From NCBI GenBank assembly GCA_965219345.1, contig OZ244732.1:1312001-1376000 (forward strand): a DNA stretch of 64,000 bases, read 5' to 3'. The notes below the pieces were generated by a model that saw nothing but the letters and a program-made list of their open reading frames with translations, had not been told where the DNA came from and ran no database searches. This document shows, one piece after another, positions 51,100 through 61,339 of this stretch; the stretch's first letter is position 1, and every line of letters starts with the position of its first letter. Made by a program: the position numbers and the translations under genes. The DNA comes from Nitrosopumilus sp. GTDB taxonomy: Archaea > Thermoproteota > Nitrososphaeria > Nitrososphaerales > Nitrosopumilaceae.

Positions 51100-52482
51100 G
51101 TGACACTAAAGAAGAGAGACAGCACTGTTGCGGCAGTCTTGATGGTTGTAGCGATAACAGCGGTAGTAACAGCAAGCGGCTACCACGCAGCGTATGGCCA
51201 GTCAGGCACCGATGCCGATGTGGTGGTTGTTCCAACGCTGAAATATAGTGTCGAGTACGGTACGATTGCCCATGACTTGGAACTGACAAGAGTACTGTTA
51301 AGCACACCATCCACGTTACCAGACCAATCTAGACTTGTTCATAATGCTATTGGTTATAATGTCACTGGAAGTCCCTGGATTGCCGTGTTTCCTGACTCTT
51401 TGAATACCATACAGGGCGGCAGTCTTGTGGCATCCGGAGAACCTATGAGACCGTACGATTTTAATAATGGCACTAGACTTGCCATAACCTGTGATACGAA
51501 CGACTTTGGCCACGACCCCACAATGCTTGCAGAGTTTGACTACATCCCCGGTGCCACGTATACCGGTACCGATACGTTTGACATTGTCATAAAAGAGTTC
51601 ACCTATACCGGTGATGCCAGATCTGCGGCCTGTCTTGTTACCGGAGAAACTAGAACCATACCCGTAGATATTACGGTAGGTGAAAAGCCATCCGTAACGT
51701 TCAGGGATGACTTTACAAAGTTCTCCAACAGTTCCGGCGTAGTCGTGCTTTATAAAATTGAAGACCTGTATGGTAAGCAACCTCCGAATTTCTCCTTTCC
51801 ATTTCCCTCCTTTGAGCCCTTTGTAAGTAATGCAAGAGTCGGACTTGACCTTCCTGAGACGACAGATAGCGGACTGCCCATAACATTAAACGCGGATCAG
51901 GATGGGAATCTGGATAATACATCATTTGTATTATATGGCACCGAGTACAACATCAGGGGCGTGTTTAGTAACGACTTCTTTTTATACAATATGACTGTCG
52001 GCCTGCCCTACGGTACCGTTGTAAATGGCGCCATCGTAGAGTCCCAAAACGAGATTGCAAGAAAGATGATTAACGTCACGCTGGATGCCGCTGACGCCGA
52101 TGTTCCAGTATGCTCGGCCAGCGTATCCGGTGATCTGGACTTTGGCAGCCTGGCATATGGCGATACTTCGGATGCAAAGTTATTAGCAGTTCAGAATACC
52201 GGCACCGGCCCTGTTCAAGTGTTCATATCTGCAACTGACTGGCTGAACAGTGAGGGTGAATCAATCATGAATGTGGAGCAGACAAGGTACTCTTTTAATG
52301 ATTCGAACGGTGCATACGGAAATAGAACCCCAATGTCTGAATCTGAAGTTTCACTTGTAGATTATATTCCACCTCCCAATTATTATTCCACCTATCTGCA
52401 AGTTCAAATTGGTGAGATCTCTGATACCTTTACAGGTCAGCTGACACAGACCATAACTACGACTGCAACCTGCAGTAGCTAG
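51100..52482 (+). CDS. Secreted/surface beta-rich protein (cargo)
   Basis: Signal peptide; Thr/Ser/Asp-rich; C-terminal LDFGSL...VQNTG...TQTITTTATC module; higher GC than the host. Confidence 0.75.
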   Translation: MTLKKRDSTVAAVLMVVAITAVVTASGYHAAYGQSGTDADVVVVPTLKYSVEYGTIAHDLELTRVLLSTPSTLPDQSRLVHNAIGYNVTGSPWIAVFPDSLNTIQGGSLVASGEPMRPYDFNNGTRLAITCDTNDFGHDPTMLAEFDYIPGATYTGTDTFDIVIKEFTYTGDARSAACLVTGETRTIPVDITVGEKPSVTFRDDFTKFSNSSGVVVLYKIEDLYGKQPPNFSFPFPSFEPFVSNARVGLDLPETTDSGLPITLNADQDGNLDNTSFVLYGTEYNIRGVFSNDFFLYNMTVGLPYGTVVNGAIVESQNEIARKMINVTLDAADADVPVCSASVSGDLDFGSLAYGDTSDAKLLAVQNTGTGPVQVFISATDWLNSEGESIMNVEQTRYSFNDSNGAYGNRTPMSESEVSLVDYIPPPNYYSTYLQVQIGEISDTFTGQLTQTITTTATCSS

Positions 52483-52662
52483 CCTTTCTTATTTTTATTC
52501 ATTCATTACTACATTCTGGCCTGAGTTATCTCTAATAGCAAGTTACGAACAATGGTTTCAGAGCACATTATAAGATATGATGAACCAAGAAGTGCATTGT
52601 TTTAGGTTCTGACAAGTTACAGTGACCTATTTTTTACTGGAAAGTTTGGTGACCCGATAATG

Positions 52663-53127
52663 TCAAGAATTGTTAGATGGAGGAGACAATCCATACTGAT
52701 TTGAGGGTTTTATTTCCATTTGATTTGATGTTTCAATATTATACACAGGATCTCCGTTTACATCATGTAATCTGCTTCTGTCAATACTAGTAACATTAGT
52801 GTAAATCTTAATCTTTGTACCGTCATCTAAAACATATTCATTAAACTCTTGTGATATTGTATCATATCTGATATCGCGTTTTTCTATTGTTCTCATTATC
52901 TCTTCTTGCGAATGTTGTTTATTGTTAGGAGATCATCTCAATGCTGGATCAGTATTGACGACAATTAATGGATGAGCACCTATTCTGAAACTAGGAACAT
53001 TTTCAGTCATTTTTCGTTCTACTTTTATTAAGATTGTACGTATTTTCAGAATAGAATTATCTGAGATTTGATACTTAATCCAAGGCTCTTTTATAACTTC
53101 AAATTCAATAGATCGAATATCAGACAT
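52663..53127 (-). pseudogene. Split archaeal protein with an internally duplicated domain
   Basis: Homologous halves FEVIKEPWIKYQISDNSILKI and YDTISQEFNEYVLDDGTKIKI in two frames. Confidence 0.55.
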
Positions 53128-53362
53128 CTACACTTTTCTCAAGCGAAATATTCTTCAAGTTTTCTGTTTGATTATTCATTCTACCCACTCCTAATTCTTT
53201 TGAGCTTTCTTCAAGATATTTGAAACAATTTTCTTTAAGATCTTTAACTTTTAGAATTCGGGCAATAGATCCTCTTCACTTAGCAATGATAATCACCATT
53301 TCTCTTTACAACTAACTCAAAAGGGAATAGACATATTATTTTTGATAAAATCTTGATATTTT

Positions 53363-53563
53363 TTGGGTGATTTTGTGACATTTAGGAAATTTTTAGAAGA
53401 GACGTTAAAATTAGATAATATCATAGAACCTATGAAGGCCAGATTTAACGGAAAATGTGTAGAATGTGGTGAGGCAATCAAAGTAGGCAAAGAAATTCTG
53501 AAAAACTCTAATGAAAGATGGATTCACAAGGCATGTTGTGATTTAGAAGAGGAATCACCATAA
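53363..53563 (+). CDS. Small Zn-binding protein
   Basis: KARFNGKCVECGE.I..G...WIHKAC. Confidence 0.55.
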   Translation: MGDFVTFRKFLEETLKLDNIIEPMKARFNGKCVECGEAIKVGKEILKNSNERWIHKACCDLEEESP

Positions 53564-53623
53564 TTACAAAGTTGGAACAAATTAGTAACAAATTTTTAAA
53601 GGACTTGGAAAAAAGAGGAAGAG

Positions 53624-54006
53624 ATGAATATAAAATCAAGTTTAGTTTTGATGGCATCAATTATGACAGTATTTGGCATAATGATGATCCCAGCAGATAT
53701 TTCTGCAGAATCTAATCAAAACAGCATTACTGTAACTCCAATTAATGAGGAGATAAGTTTGCAAGAGACGGTCACTGCAATGAGCATTCCTGAAGACAAC
53801 AAACTTCCTTGGGGAGCAGTAGTTGGTGCGGCATCAGATTATGTTGAAAGATATCCGGTAATTATCCAAATGTACAAGGGTGAAGATCCAGTTCACGTTT
53901 CACAAGTTGATGTAAAAGGAGATGGCTCCTATGAATACAAATTCAGAGTACGAAGTCTTGATTCAAACACTGGAGAATTTGTAAATGTCTTTGAAGGGGA
54001 TTATAC
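53624..54006 (+). pseudogene. Secreted protein truncated by an IS fragment
   Basis: Signal peptide; Ig-like VDVKGDGSYEYKF..EGDY, then abrupt switch to GC-rich DNA. Confidence 0.6.
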
Positions 54007-54492
54007 TAGACTTTATGCGTAATCGCCACTTGCAAATTTTTCGAAACATTTAGATCCGCCTTGATCGCCGCCACATGCAATAGTCCCCCGAACAGATCAT
54101 ACAAAGGCTGCAAAGGGAGCTCAAAGAGAAGAACAGAACGATCAGACAGAAGGACAGGGAAGTCAGCAAGCACATCAAGGCAGTCAGCTCTCTCCGCGAG
54201 CGGCTGGAACTTGAGGATGGTCTGTGGCAACGGGTGCAGACAGGCTTGGCATGGACGCCTCGCTGCTTCACATGAGGGAGGTCATATGCGACATACTGCA
54301 AGACGGGGGCAAGATTTCTGCCATGACCGGGCTTGACGCCGGCCAGTTCGACCATATCCACGGGAAGTTTGTAAAAGAGTCAAGGAAGCACGGCAACGCG
54401 CCGCTCTTCTCCGAAGACTGCACACCGGATCCCGGAAACCGGTGCCTGCTTGACCGCAGGTCCGTCCTGCTGCTTGCGCTCTTCCGCAAGAG
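54007..54492 (+). mobile_element. 5' fragment of an IS5-family (ISL2-like, HTH_Tnp_4) element
   Basis: GC-rich; AMTGLDAGQFD.I...RCLLDRRSVLLLALFR resembles the HTH_Tnp_4 region; truncated. Confidence 0.55.
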
Positions 54493-54650
54493 GTCAAAGG
54501 AGAACCGTTCTTTAGGTGTCCTCCGCGATAGTCAAGCCATATATCACATATCTGACATCGTGCCTGTCCTGCTTCGTACCGGCCACCGACTACGGGCTTG
54601 GTTACTCTGAACTTTTTGCATATTTCCTTGCAGGTGCTCTTTAGTTTCAC
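54493..54650 (-). pseudogene. Truncated thaumarchaeal Cys-rich Zn-finger protein
   Basis: TCKEICKKF...GRYEAGQARCQICDIW. Confidence 0.5.
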
Positions 54651-55171
54651 AACCTTGATAATCCTTCTGCCTATATGAAAATTATTTGCGCCTTACAAAT
54701 ACAGGAGTTTGAATACTTCGTCTATATCAGAAGTTGTAAATGTGCTTTGCCACATCGTTGAGCTTTACGCATCATTGGTAAAAATGCTGATTTTTGTGCA
54801 GGAAACTGAAAACAACCACGCATGTGGATCATGCGTCTACAGAGCACATTTTCAACTTTTGATATGACAATAGTTAGCTGTTCTGCCATGATCTGTCTAG
54901 TGCATTATTGCGCATGTGCCTGAAATTCTAGTCTGTTGCACAACTACGCCTAAAACCTGACTGATACCAACAATTTTTACCATTGGACAAACATTGGTGC
55001 GCCAAAAGACATTTGGATCAGGTAACCTGCTAACCATACACAGTGGCATCCACAGACAACGCACCCCAGGACAAACAGTTATTGACGAACAAACGGGAGA
55101 GGAATACGATGTCAGATAGGGGGTATACTACTTTCAGGATCCCACATAAAACTTGGTGACAAAAGAAATTG

Positions 55172-56308
55172 TTAATCTGGATCTTCATAATTTTCTTTCT
55201 TTTCACCTTTGGCAGAATATCCTTCCATTGGTTTCATCTTACTCTCAAGAATACCCATTCTTGCTTTGTATCCTTCAGCATATTCTAGTTCTGATGGAAC
55301 AAGAGTCGCTGGATGAATGAATCCTTGACTTCTCATTGCCATTGCCTTTTTTGTTGCAATTTCTCTGATATAGTCCCAATCAGGAGTTGAGAATCCATCA
55401 AATGGACCTGTAAACTTTCCATTATGCATACTGAATACCAGGGCCTCCACAATTGGAATACAGAAATTGATAGTTGCTGCAGAATTTAATTTCACAGGCA
55501 TTAGTGGCATGTTGTGACTACCTCTTGTATTTCCTGCAACATAATGTGGGTTGTTAAATACACTTCCAACTTCTTCTGTAGCTGGGAAATTCTTTTGTGT
55601 TCTAATCAGACAAATTGGATCATCTTTTCCAACATATGTTCCTGCAATGTTGTGTAGTCTATCTGTTGATGCGGCAAGAATTGGCTCTCCCTCTTTAGTA
55701 TTAACTGAATCAACAACGTATCTACTTGGATACATCAATGCAGCTTCAATTGTTGGTTTGTCTTGCCACAATTCAAGTTCAGCAATTTTTCCTTCTTCTA
55801 CATCCATTATGTTTATCTTAACGCCACTGGCAAGTGACTTGTTCACAATCAAACCTGTATTACTTAATGCATCTACGAACATTCTATAAATTGGATAATT
55901 GAACGCTCCAGGCTCTGTTTTATCTGCTGCAAACACTGTAAATGCCTCATTAGGTCTTTCTTCAAATTCCAATTCTGCAACACCTGGACCCATGCCTTTC
56001 ACATTTCCTGAAAAAGAGTCTTTTAGCAAGTCTTGTCCAGCACCATACAAACCCTCTTCTTTGGCAACCTTTGTTCCTGCCATGAATGAATCCCACGCGA
56101 GTTTGTGAATTTGCTGATTATCTACTCCATGTTTGTGAGACATTACAATGTGGACGTCATCACCACAGTATCCAATGTAATAATCAATTAACAGATCTGC
56201 TGAATTTTTGATGGTATTTCTTACTGCCTCAATTAATCCATCACTTGGTTTTGTATGACCGCCAACCCCGCCAACGTCAGCTTTGATAACTGATACTGTA
56301 ATCTTCAT
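55172..56308 (-). CDS. fbp: Bifunctional fructose-1,6-bisphosphate aldolase/phosphatase
   Basis: SVIKADVG..GGH, GDD, YGAGQDLL, DKTEPGAFN, YVGKDDP. Confidence 0.95.
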   Translation of the reverse strand: MKITVSVIKADVGGVGGHTKPSDGLIEAVRNTIKNSADLLIDYYIGYCGDDVHIVMSHKHGVDNQQIHKLAWDSFMAGTKVAKEEGLYGAGQDLLKDSFSGNVKGMGPGVAELEFEERPNEAFTVFAADKTEPGAFNYPIYRMFVDALSNTGLIVNKSLASGVKINIMDVEEGKIAELELWQDKPTIEAALMYPSRYVVDSVNTKEGEPILAASTDRLHNIAGTYVGKDDPICLIRTQKNFPATEEVGSVFNNPHYVAGNTRGSHNMPLMPVKLNSAATINFCIPIVEALVFSMHNGKFTGPFDGFSTPDWDYIREIATKKAMAMRSQGFIHPATLVPSELEYAEGYKARMGILESKMKPMEGYSAKGEKKENYEDPD

Positions 56309-56438
56309 AATTCCTCTTTCTACCTCTTTGATTTATGTACTTTTGGCAAAACTTTCTGATCTAAAATTAATTGAAAAAAGATGGAGTTTTTTTCAAAAAT
56401 TCATAACGCTAATAAATGCCCTCAGAGAGGCAGTCCAT

Positions 56439-57737
56439 ATGGCAAACAAACCACACTTGAACATGATCATAACAGGTCACATTGATAATGGTAAATCAAC
56501 AACCATGGGCCATTTCTTGATGGATCTAGGCGTTGTAGATGAAAGAACAATCGCAGCACATGCAGTAGAATCTGAAAAGACCGGAAAAGGTGATACTTTC
56601 AAGTATGCATGGGTTATGGATAATATTAAAGATGAAAGAGAAAGGGGAATTACCATTGATCTTGCTTTCCAAAAGTTTGAATCTGCAAAATACTTCTTTA
56701 CATTAATTGATGCTCCTGGTCACAGGGACTTTATTAAAAATATGATTACTGGTGCTTCTGAAGCAGATGCTGCTATCTTAGTTCTTTCAGCCAAAGAAGG
56801 TGAAACTGATACTGCAATCGCAGCAGGTGGACAAGCAAGAGAACACGCATTCTTACTAAAAACACTCGGTGTAAGCCAACTAATCGTTGCAATCAATAAA
56901 ATGGATGCTGTCGATTACACTGAAGCAGCATTTAACGCAGCCAAAGAAAAAGGTGAAAAATTAGTAAAATCTGTTGGTTACAAAATAGAAAACGTACCAT
57001 TCATTCCTGTTTCTGGATGGAAAGGCGATAATTTAGTAAAAAAATCTGAGAACATGTCATGGTACACTGGAAAGACACTCCTTGAAACATTTGATGACTT
57101 TACAGTACCTGAAAAACCAACTGGTAAACCATTACGTGTTCCAATTCAAGATGTTTACACCATTACTGGAGTAGGTACGGTACCTGTAGGTAGAGTTGAA
57201 ACCGGAACTATGAAGGCTGGCGATAAAATTGTTGTAATGCCTTCTGGCGCCCCAGGTGAAATCAAATCAATTGAAACTCACCACACAGAAATGCCATCTG
57301 CAGAAGCAGGTGATAACATTGGTTTCAACCTTAGAGGTGTTGAGAAGAAAGACATCAAGAGAGGCGATGTACTTGGAACACCTGATGCACCACCAAATGT
57401 TGCAAAAGAATTCAAAGCACAAATTATAGTTATTCACCATCCAACAGCAATTGCTCCTGGGTATACTCCAGTTATGCATGCACATACTACACAAGTTGCA
57501 GCAACTGTTACAGAGTTTCTACAAAAGATCAATCCAGCAACTGGTGCCATTGAGGAAGAAAATCCAAAGTTCCTTAAAGTTGGTGATTCAGCAATTGTTA
57601 AAATCAGACCAGTAAGACCAACTTGTATTGAAACTTTCCAAGATTTCCCAGAAATGGGTAGATTTGCCCTTAGAGACATGGGTGCAACTATTGCAGCAGG
57701 TATAGTTAAAGAAATTACTGAAGAGTACAAACCATAG
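56439..57737 (+). CDS. tuf: Translation elongation factor EF-1alpha
   Basis: GHIDNGKST, ERERGITID, DAPGHRDF, NKMD, GRFALRDMG. Confidence 0.98.
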   Translation: MANKPHLNMIITGHIDNGKSTTMGHFLMDLGVVDERTIAAHAVESEKTGKGDTFKYAWVMDNIKDERERGITIDLAFQKFESAKYFFTLIDAPGHRDFIKNMITGASEADAAILVLSAKEGETDTAIAAGGQAREHAFLLKTLGVSQLIVAINKMDAVDYTEAAFNAAKEKGEKLVKSVGYKIENVPFIPVSGWKGDNLVKKSENMSWYTGKTLLETFDDFTVPEKPTGKPLRVPIQDVYTITGVGTVPVGRVETGTMKAGDKIVVMPSGAPGEIKSIETHHTEMPSAEAGDNIGFNLRGVEKKDIKRGDVLGTPDAPPNVAKEFKAQIIVIHHPTAIAPGYTPVMHAHTTQVAATVTEFLQKINPATGAIEEENPKFLKVGDSAIVKIRPVRPTCIETFQDFPEMGRFALRDMGATIAAGIVKEITEEYKP

Positions 57738-57747
57738 GCAGATTTTC

Positions 57748-58056
57748 ATGACACAAACTGCCCGTGTTAAATTAACATCTACCAGTTTACACAAGTTAGA
57801 TGGTGTTTGTGGCGAAATCATGGGAATTGGTAAAAAAACTGGCATCAAAATAAAAGGTCCTACTCCACTTCCTGTTAAAAGACTACATGTTGCTACCAGA
57901 AAATCTCCATGTGGCAGTGGTACTGAAACATATGAGAAATGGGAAATGAAAATGCATAGGAGAATTATCAATATCAACGCTGATGACAAAGCAATTAGAC
58001 AACTAATGAGGCTTAAAATTCCTGATGATGTCTATATTGAGTTGTCTCTGACATAA
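57748..58056 (+). CDS. rpsJ: 30S ribosomal protein S10 (uS10)
   Basis: GPTPLPVKRL, RKSPCGSG, EMKMHRRII; follows EF-1alpha. Confidence 0.96.
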   Translation: MTQTARVKLTSTSLHKLDGVCGEIMGIGKKTGIKIKGPTPLPVKRLHVATRKSPCGSGTETYEKWEMKMHRRIININADDKAIRQLMRLKIPDDVYIELSLT

Positions 58057-58085
58057 TTTGGTATCCTTAAATTATCGAAATTTTA

Positions 58086-58289
58086 ATGATAAATATGGCT
58101 GAAGAAAACTCTGATTCTGTTGAAGAAGCTCCTGTTGAGACATTTGATGTAAACTATGCTTGTCTTAGATGTGCAACTGTTGTATCTAATACTGAATTGT
58201 CTCGCTTACCTGAAATCAAATGCATCTGTGGGTTCAGAGTATTTACTAAAGTAAGACCACCTGTAGTAAAAACAATAAAAGCAATTTAA
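58086..58289 (+). CDS. rpo12: RNA polymerase subunit Rpo12/P
   Basis: YACLRC...IKCICGFRVFTKVRPP. Confidence 0.85.
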   Translation: MINMAEENSDSVEEAPVETFDVNYACLRCATVVSNTELSRLPEIKCICGFRVFTKVRPPVVKTIKAI

Positions 58290-58487
58290 CTATCTATCTT
58301 TTTTGTAACTATGCTCTCTTTGTAAATGTGTTCTCATATCTTCCATGTTTGAAAAATACTTGTTGCATTCTTTACAATCATATTGTAAATCTTTACCATG
58401 AATAATTTGTTTGTGATTCATCATCTCTTCTTCTTTTGAAAATTTTTTGTCACAAGTATCACAACTAATTTTTTTAAAAAAACGCAC
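58290..58487 (-). CDS. C2H2 zinc-finger protein
   Basis: Two CxxC-x12-HxxxxH fingers. Confidence 0.8.
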   Translation of the reverse strand: MRFFKKISCDTCDKKFSKEEEMMNHKQIIHGKDLQYDCKECNKYFSNMEDMRTHLQREHSYKKDR

Positions 58488-58489
58488 TT

Positions 58490-58900
58490 TTATCCAAACT
58501 CTGCTTTCTTTTTATCCCAACAAATCCTGCAAAGCTGACCTTCAATCTTCCAATTTCCTTTTGCATTATATCTAATCAATCCCATTTTTCCTCCACATAA
58601 TGCACAAAAATTTTTCTTTTTAGCATGCTCTTCTTCTTTTTTGTCAAAACATTCTTTGCATAGCAATCCTTCCATATCCCATTGCCATCGAGGTTCCCAC
58701 AAATTTGTGATCTTTTTAGTTACTCCACACTCAACACATGGCTGTACAATTTTTCCTTCAAAATACTCCTTTGATTTCTCAAAATGACAATCGCCACAAA
58801 GCAGACCTTTCATGCCCCACTCTCTCTTTGGTTTGTGTTTGTGAGTTAGTTGTTTGTTACAAACAGCACAATATGCTGGCTTTCTACCAAATAGTCCCAT
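58490..58900 (-). CDS. Cys-rich repeat zinc-binding protein
   Basis: Three CxxC...W..G.LCxxC repeats. Confidence 0.75.
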   Translation of the reverse strand: MGLFGRKPAYCAVCNKQLTHKHKPKREWGMKGLLCGDCHFEKSKEYFEGKIVQPCVECGVTKKITNLWEPRWQWDMEGLLCKECFDKKEEEHAKKKNFCALCGGKMGLIRYNAKGNWKIEGQLCRICWDKKKAEFG

Positions 58901-59260
58901 TATCTCTATAATATTTCGAATAATTTGATCTATTAAATGTAATAAAAAAGAAATGCATTAGATGGAAGAACAATCCTCCTGATTATTATAAAATTTCATG
59001 ACTGAAGCACAACTAACATTATTCAATAAAGATAAAAACAACAAAAATTTCTTATTGTTTTAAGATTTTTTCAAGGGCTTGACTTGCATTGAGTAAACCA
59101 TTTTTCTTGGCAAACTCTTCGATCATTTTGTATTGTTTTTCAGTAAAACATACTGGAATTGAACGTCTTTCCATACATTTAGTTTGTATTTTTAACTAAT
59201 ATCCTTTTTGTTTACTCGAAATCAAATTGAGCATCACTTACTCATGAATTTTTGGAATTC

Positions 59261-59962
59261 TCAAATTAAATTATAATATTTCATAATAAAAAAAATCATG
59301 GTTCCTGCAATAACTCCAATTGTTATCAATTTCAAAATACGTTCTTTCTTTTTGATGACGTATGGATCTCCATCATCTCTCTTGAGTAGTTTGTATCGTC
59401 TAGATGTAGTAATCAAGGCATAGGTGACTAATCCAGTAATTGTAGCAATAGCTATGGTTTCAATAGCTATGGAGTTTGTTTGTATAACAGAACCTGCAAA
59501 AACGGGTAGAATTCCCCACGAAAATATTGTTGATAAATTATTGTGAAATTTACCTCCAAACAATTCTAGACTATATGCAAATAGAAAAAAGCCTTCAATA
59601 GTCCCTATTAGAAAAAGCCAAGGAGAATCCAAAAATGCAAAATAAATGCCTACAGAAAATGCAATACCTACTGCAAACAACGCCATAACCCAAATCTTTC
59701 TTTTTGGTAAATTTCCCCAAGGTTTTGTTTTACCTCCCACTGCATCAAGTAGGTGTGCACCAACACCCAGCGCCAAGATGTAAATCACACAAATTGCTGC
59801 CACTCTCTCCAATTGTAGTGGACCTGAAATTGCTCCTAATGCAGCAAAGCAAGTAACAATACTTGTGTATGGTAAAAACAAAATTCCTATACTAATTCGA
59901 AATTTCTTAGAGCCAAATTTTGGAACAAACCATTCTGAGGTTCTATCTACTTGCAATAACAT
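59261..59962 (-). CDS. Polytopic membrane protein (possibly UbiA-like)
   Basis: About 8 TM helices, AHLLD motif; start uncertain. Confidence 0.6.
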   Translation of the reverse strand: MLLQVDRTSEWFVPKFGSKKFRISIGILFLPYTSIVTCFAALGAISGPLQLERVAAICVIYILALGVGAHLLDAVGGKTKPWGNLPKRKIWVMALFAVGIAFSVGIYFAFLDSPWLFLIGTIEGFFLFAYSLELFGGKFHNNLSTIFSWGILPVFAGSVIQTNSIAIETIAIATITGLVTYALITTSRRYKLLKRDDGDPYVIKKKERILKLITIGVIAGTMIFFIMKYYNLI

Positions 59963-60034
59963 TATTTGGACTTTGTTGCTTATATGATCACGGGATGGAC
60001 AACTGATATAATTGATAGAATGATTAGTTGATTC

Positions 60035-60439
60035 GTGAACAAATATCAAAAATATATCAAAAAAGGAGTCATCGAATCACTTGATAAGGTTCCATTTCAT
60101 AGCAATGCTCCCATCAAACGATTATCAATGTTGAGCAAATCTTTGATTCCTCAATCAGATACACATATCGCAGTTCACTTTGTTGATGCCTCCAAAGATC
60201 TTCCAAAATATAGTAAATTACACAAACACAATCATGACGAAATTAATCTGATACTATCTGAAGATTCTAGCTTGACATATGAGATTCAATTGGAAGATGA
60301 GTCCTATGAAGTAACATCGCCTTCAACAATATTCATTCCAAAGGGAATGAAACACAGCGCACAGGCGATTTCAGGTAAGGGAATTTTTGTATGTATGATT
60401 TTATCCAATAATAATGACTTTCCTTCAGAAAAAAATTGA
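60035..60439 (+). CDS. Cupin-domain protein
   Basis: HKHNHDE and IFIPKGMKH cupin motifs. Confidence 0.8.
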   Translation: MNKYQKYIKKGVIESLDKVPFHSNAPIKRLSMLSKSLIPQSDTHIAVHFVDASKDLPKYSKLHKHNHDEINLILSEDSSLTYEIQLEDESYEVTSPSTIFIPKGMKHSAQAISGKGIFVCMILSNNNDFPSEKN

Positions 60440-60454
60440 AACCCTAAAAAGTAA

Positions 60455-60727
60455 ATGTCTAATAATTCTAATATGAAAATAACTGAAATAGAAATTGATG
60501 ACAGTCAAACAGGCTATTGCTGGATTCAAATACATGCTGGTAACAGAAAACAAGCAATTTCATTAAGACATCAAATCTTAGATGATCAGGCCATACGGGA
60601 AAGATTGGAAAATGAAATTACACAAAGCCAGAAAATAACAACAAGCTCGTTAACTCCGATGGAAATTACATTCCAAAGTTTCCTTACCAAAAAACTCCAA
60701 TTAATTCTTGAAGGAGAAAATAAATGA
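60455..60727 (+). CDS. Hypothetical protein
   Basis: 90-aa ORF overlapping the next gene. Confidence 0.55.
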   Translation: MSNNSNMKITEIEIDDSQTGYCWIQIHAGNRKQAISLRHQILDDQAIRERLENEITQSQKITTSSLTPMEITFQSFLTKKLQLILEGENK

Positions 60728-61332
60728 CAAAGAAACGTCAGATCTTGGTTATTGGAAATAACACAAATGGATGTACACTAAAACATGAAAAAATTGCATA
60801 CGAAGTTGGGGTAGAAATTGCAAAATCTGACTCTGTTTTGATAACCGGTGGGTTAGGAGGAGTAATGTCTGCTGCATCACATGGAGCTCATGATACAAAT
60901 GGTTTGACTGTAGGAATAATTCCTCAGAATGACGCTACAATGGCCAATGAATTCTGTGACATTGTAATTCCAACCGGTATTGGACTTGCTCGTGATTTTC
61001 TAAATGCATTAACTGCTGACGGAGTAATTATTGTTGGTGGTGGCTCTGGTACTTTATCCGAAGTATGTGCTGCATACATGTACAAAAAACCCATGGTCGC
61101 AATCAGAAACATAAAAAGTTCTATTGAACCATACATTGATGGTTTTATTGATCATAGAAAAAATATCAAAATTGTTGGGGCTGATACTCCTCAAGATGCT
61201 GTAAAGAAAATTTTGGAATTAATCACTACATCATACAGTGATACCGAATCATCTGATGCTGAAATTCTTGACGCTTTTAATAAAATAAAGAGCGGTGAAG
61301 CTTCAAGAATGGGCCAAAAGAGTTCAGGTTAA
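60724..61332 (+). CDS. TIGR00725 / LOG-like Rossmann-fold protein
   Basis: TGGLGGVM, TVGIIP, GGGSGTLSE. Confidence 0.85.
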   Translation: MTKKRQILVIGNNTNGCTLKHEKIAYEVGVEIAKSDSVLITGGLGGVMSAASHGAHDTNGLTVGIIPQNDATMANEFCDIVIPTGIGLARDFLNALTADGVIIVGGGSGTLSEVCAAYMYKKPMVAIRNIKSSIEPYIDGFIDHRKNIKIVGADTPQDAVKKILELITTSYSDTESSDAEILDAFNKIKSGEASRMGQKSSG

Positions 61333-61339
61333 CGTTAAA

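Larger units (their letters stand above)
49812..55065. mobile_element. Composite cargo transposon bounded by the IS5-like left end and a surrogate right end
   Basis: 7-bp TSD CCAGGAC at 49805-49811 and 55066-55072; right end GACAACGCACC (rc GGTGCGTTGTC) resembles GGTGCTGTCC. Confidence 0.75.
48693..55146 (+). mobile_element. IS481 copy 2, split by a 5.25-kb nested insertion; 15-bp TSD
   Basis: Left part 48693-49811 and right part 55066-55146 rejoin to match copy 1; TAAAACTTG(A/G)TGACA at 48678-48692 and 55147-55161. Confidence 0.92.

Noticed and set aside
56283-56438. N-terminal extension of EF-1alpha in the ORF track (similarly TBP 62714 and SDR 44476)
   Set aside because: Upstream in-frame starts overlap divergent genes or promoters; conserved starts are at 56439, 62789 and 44350
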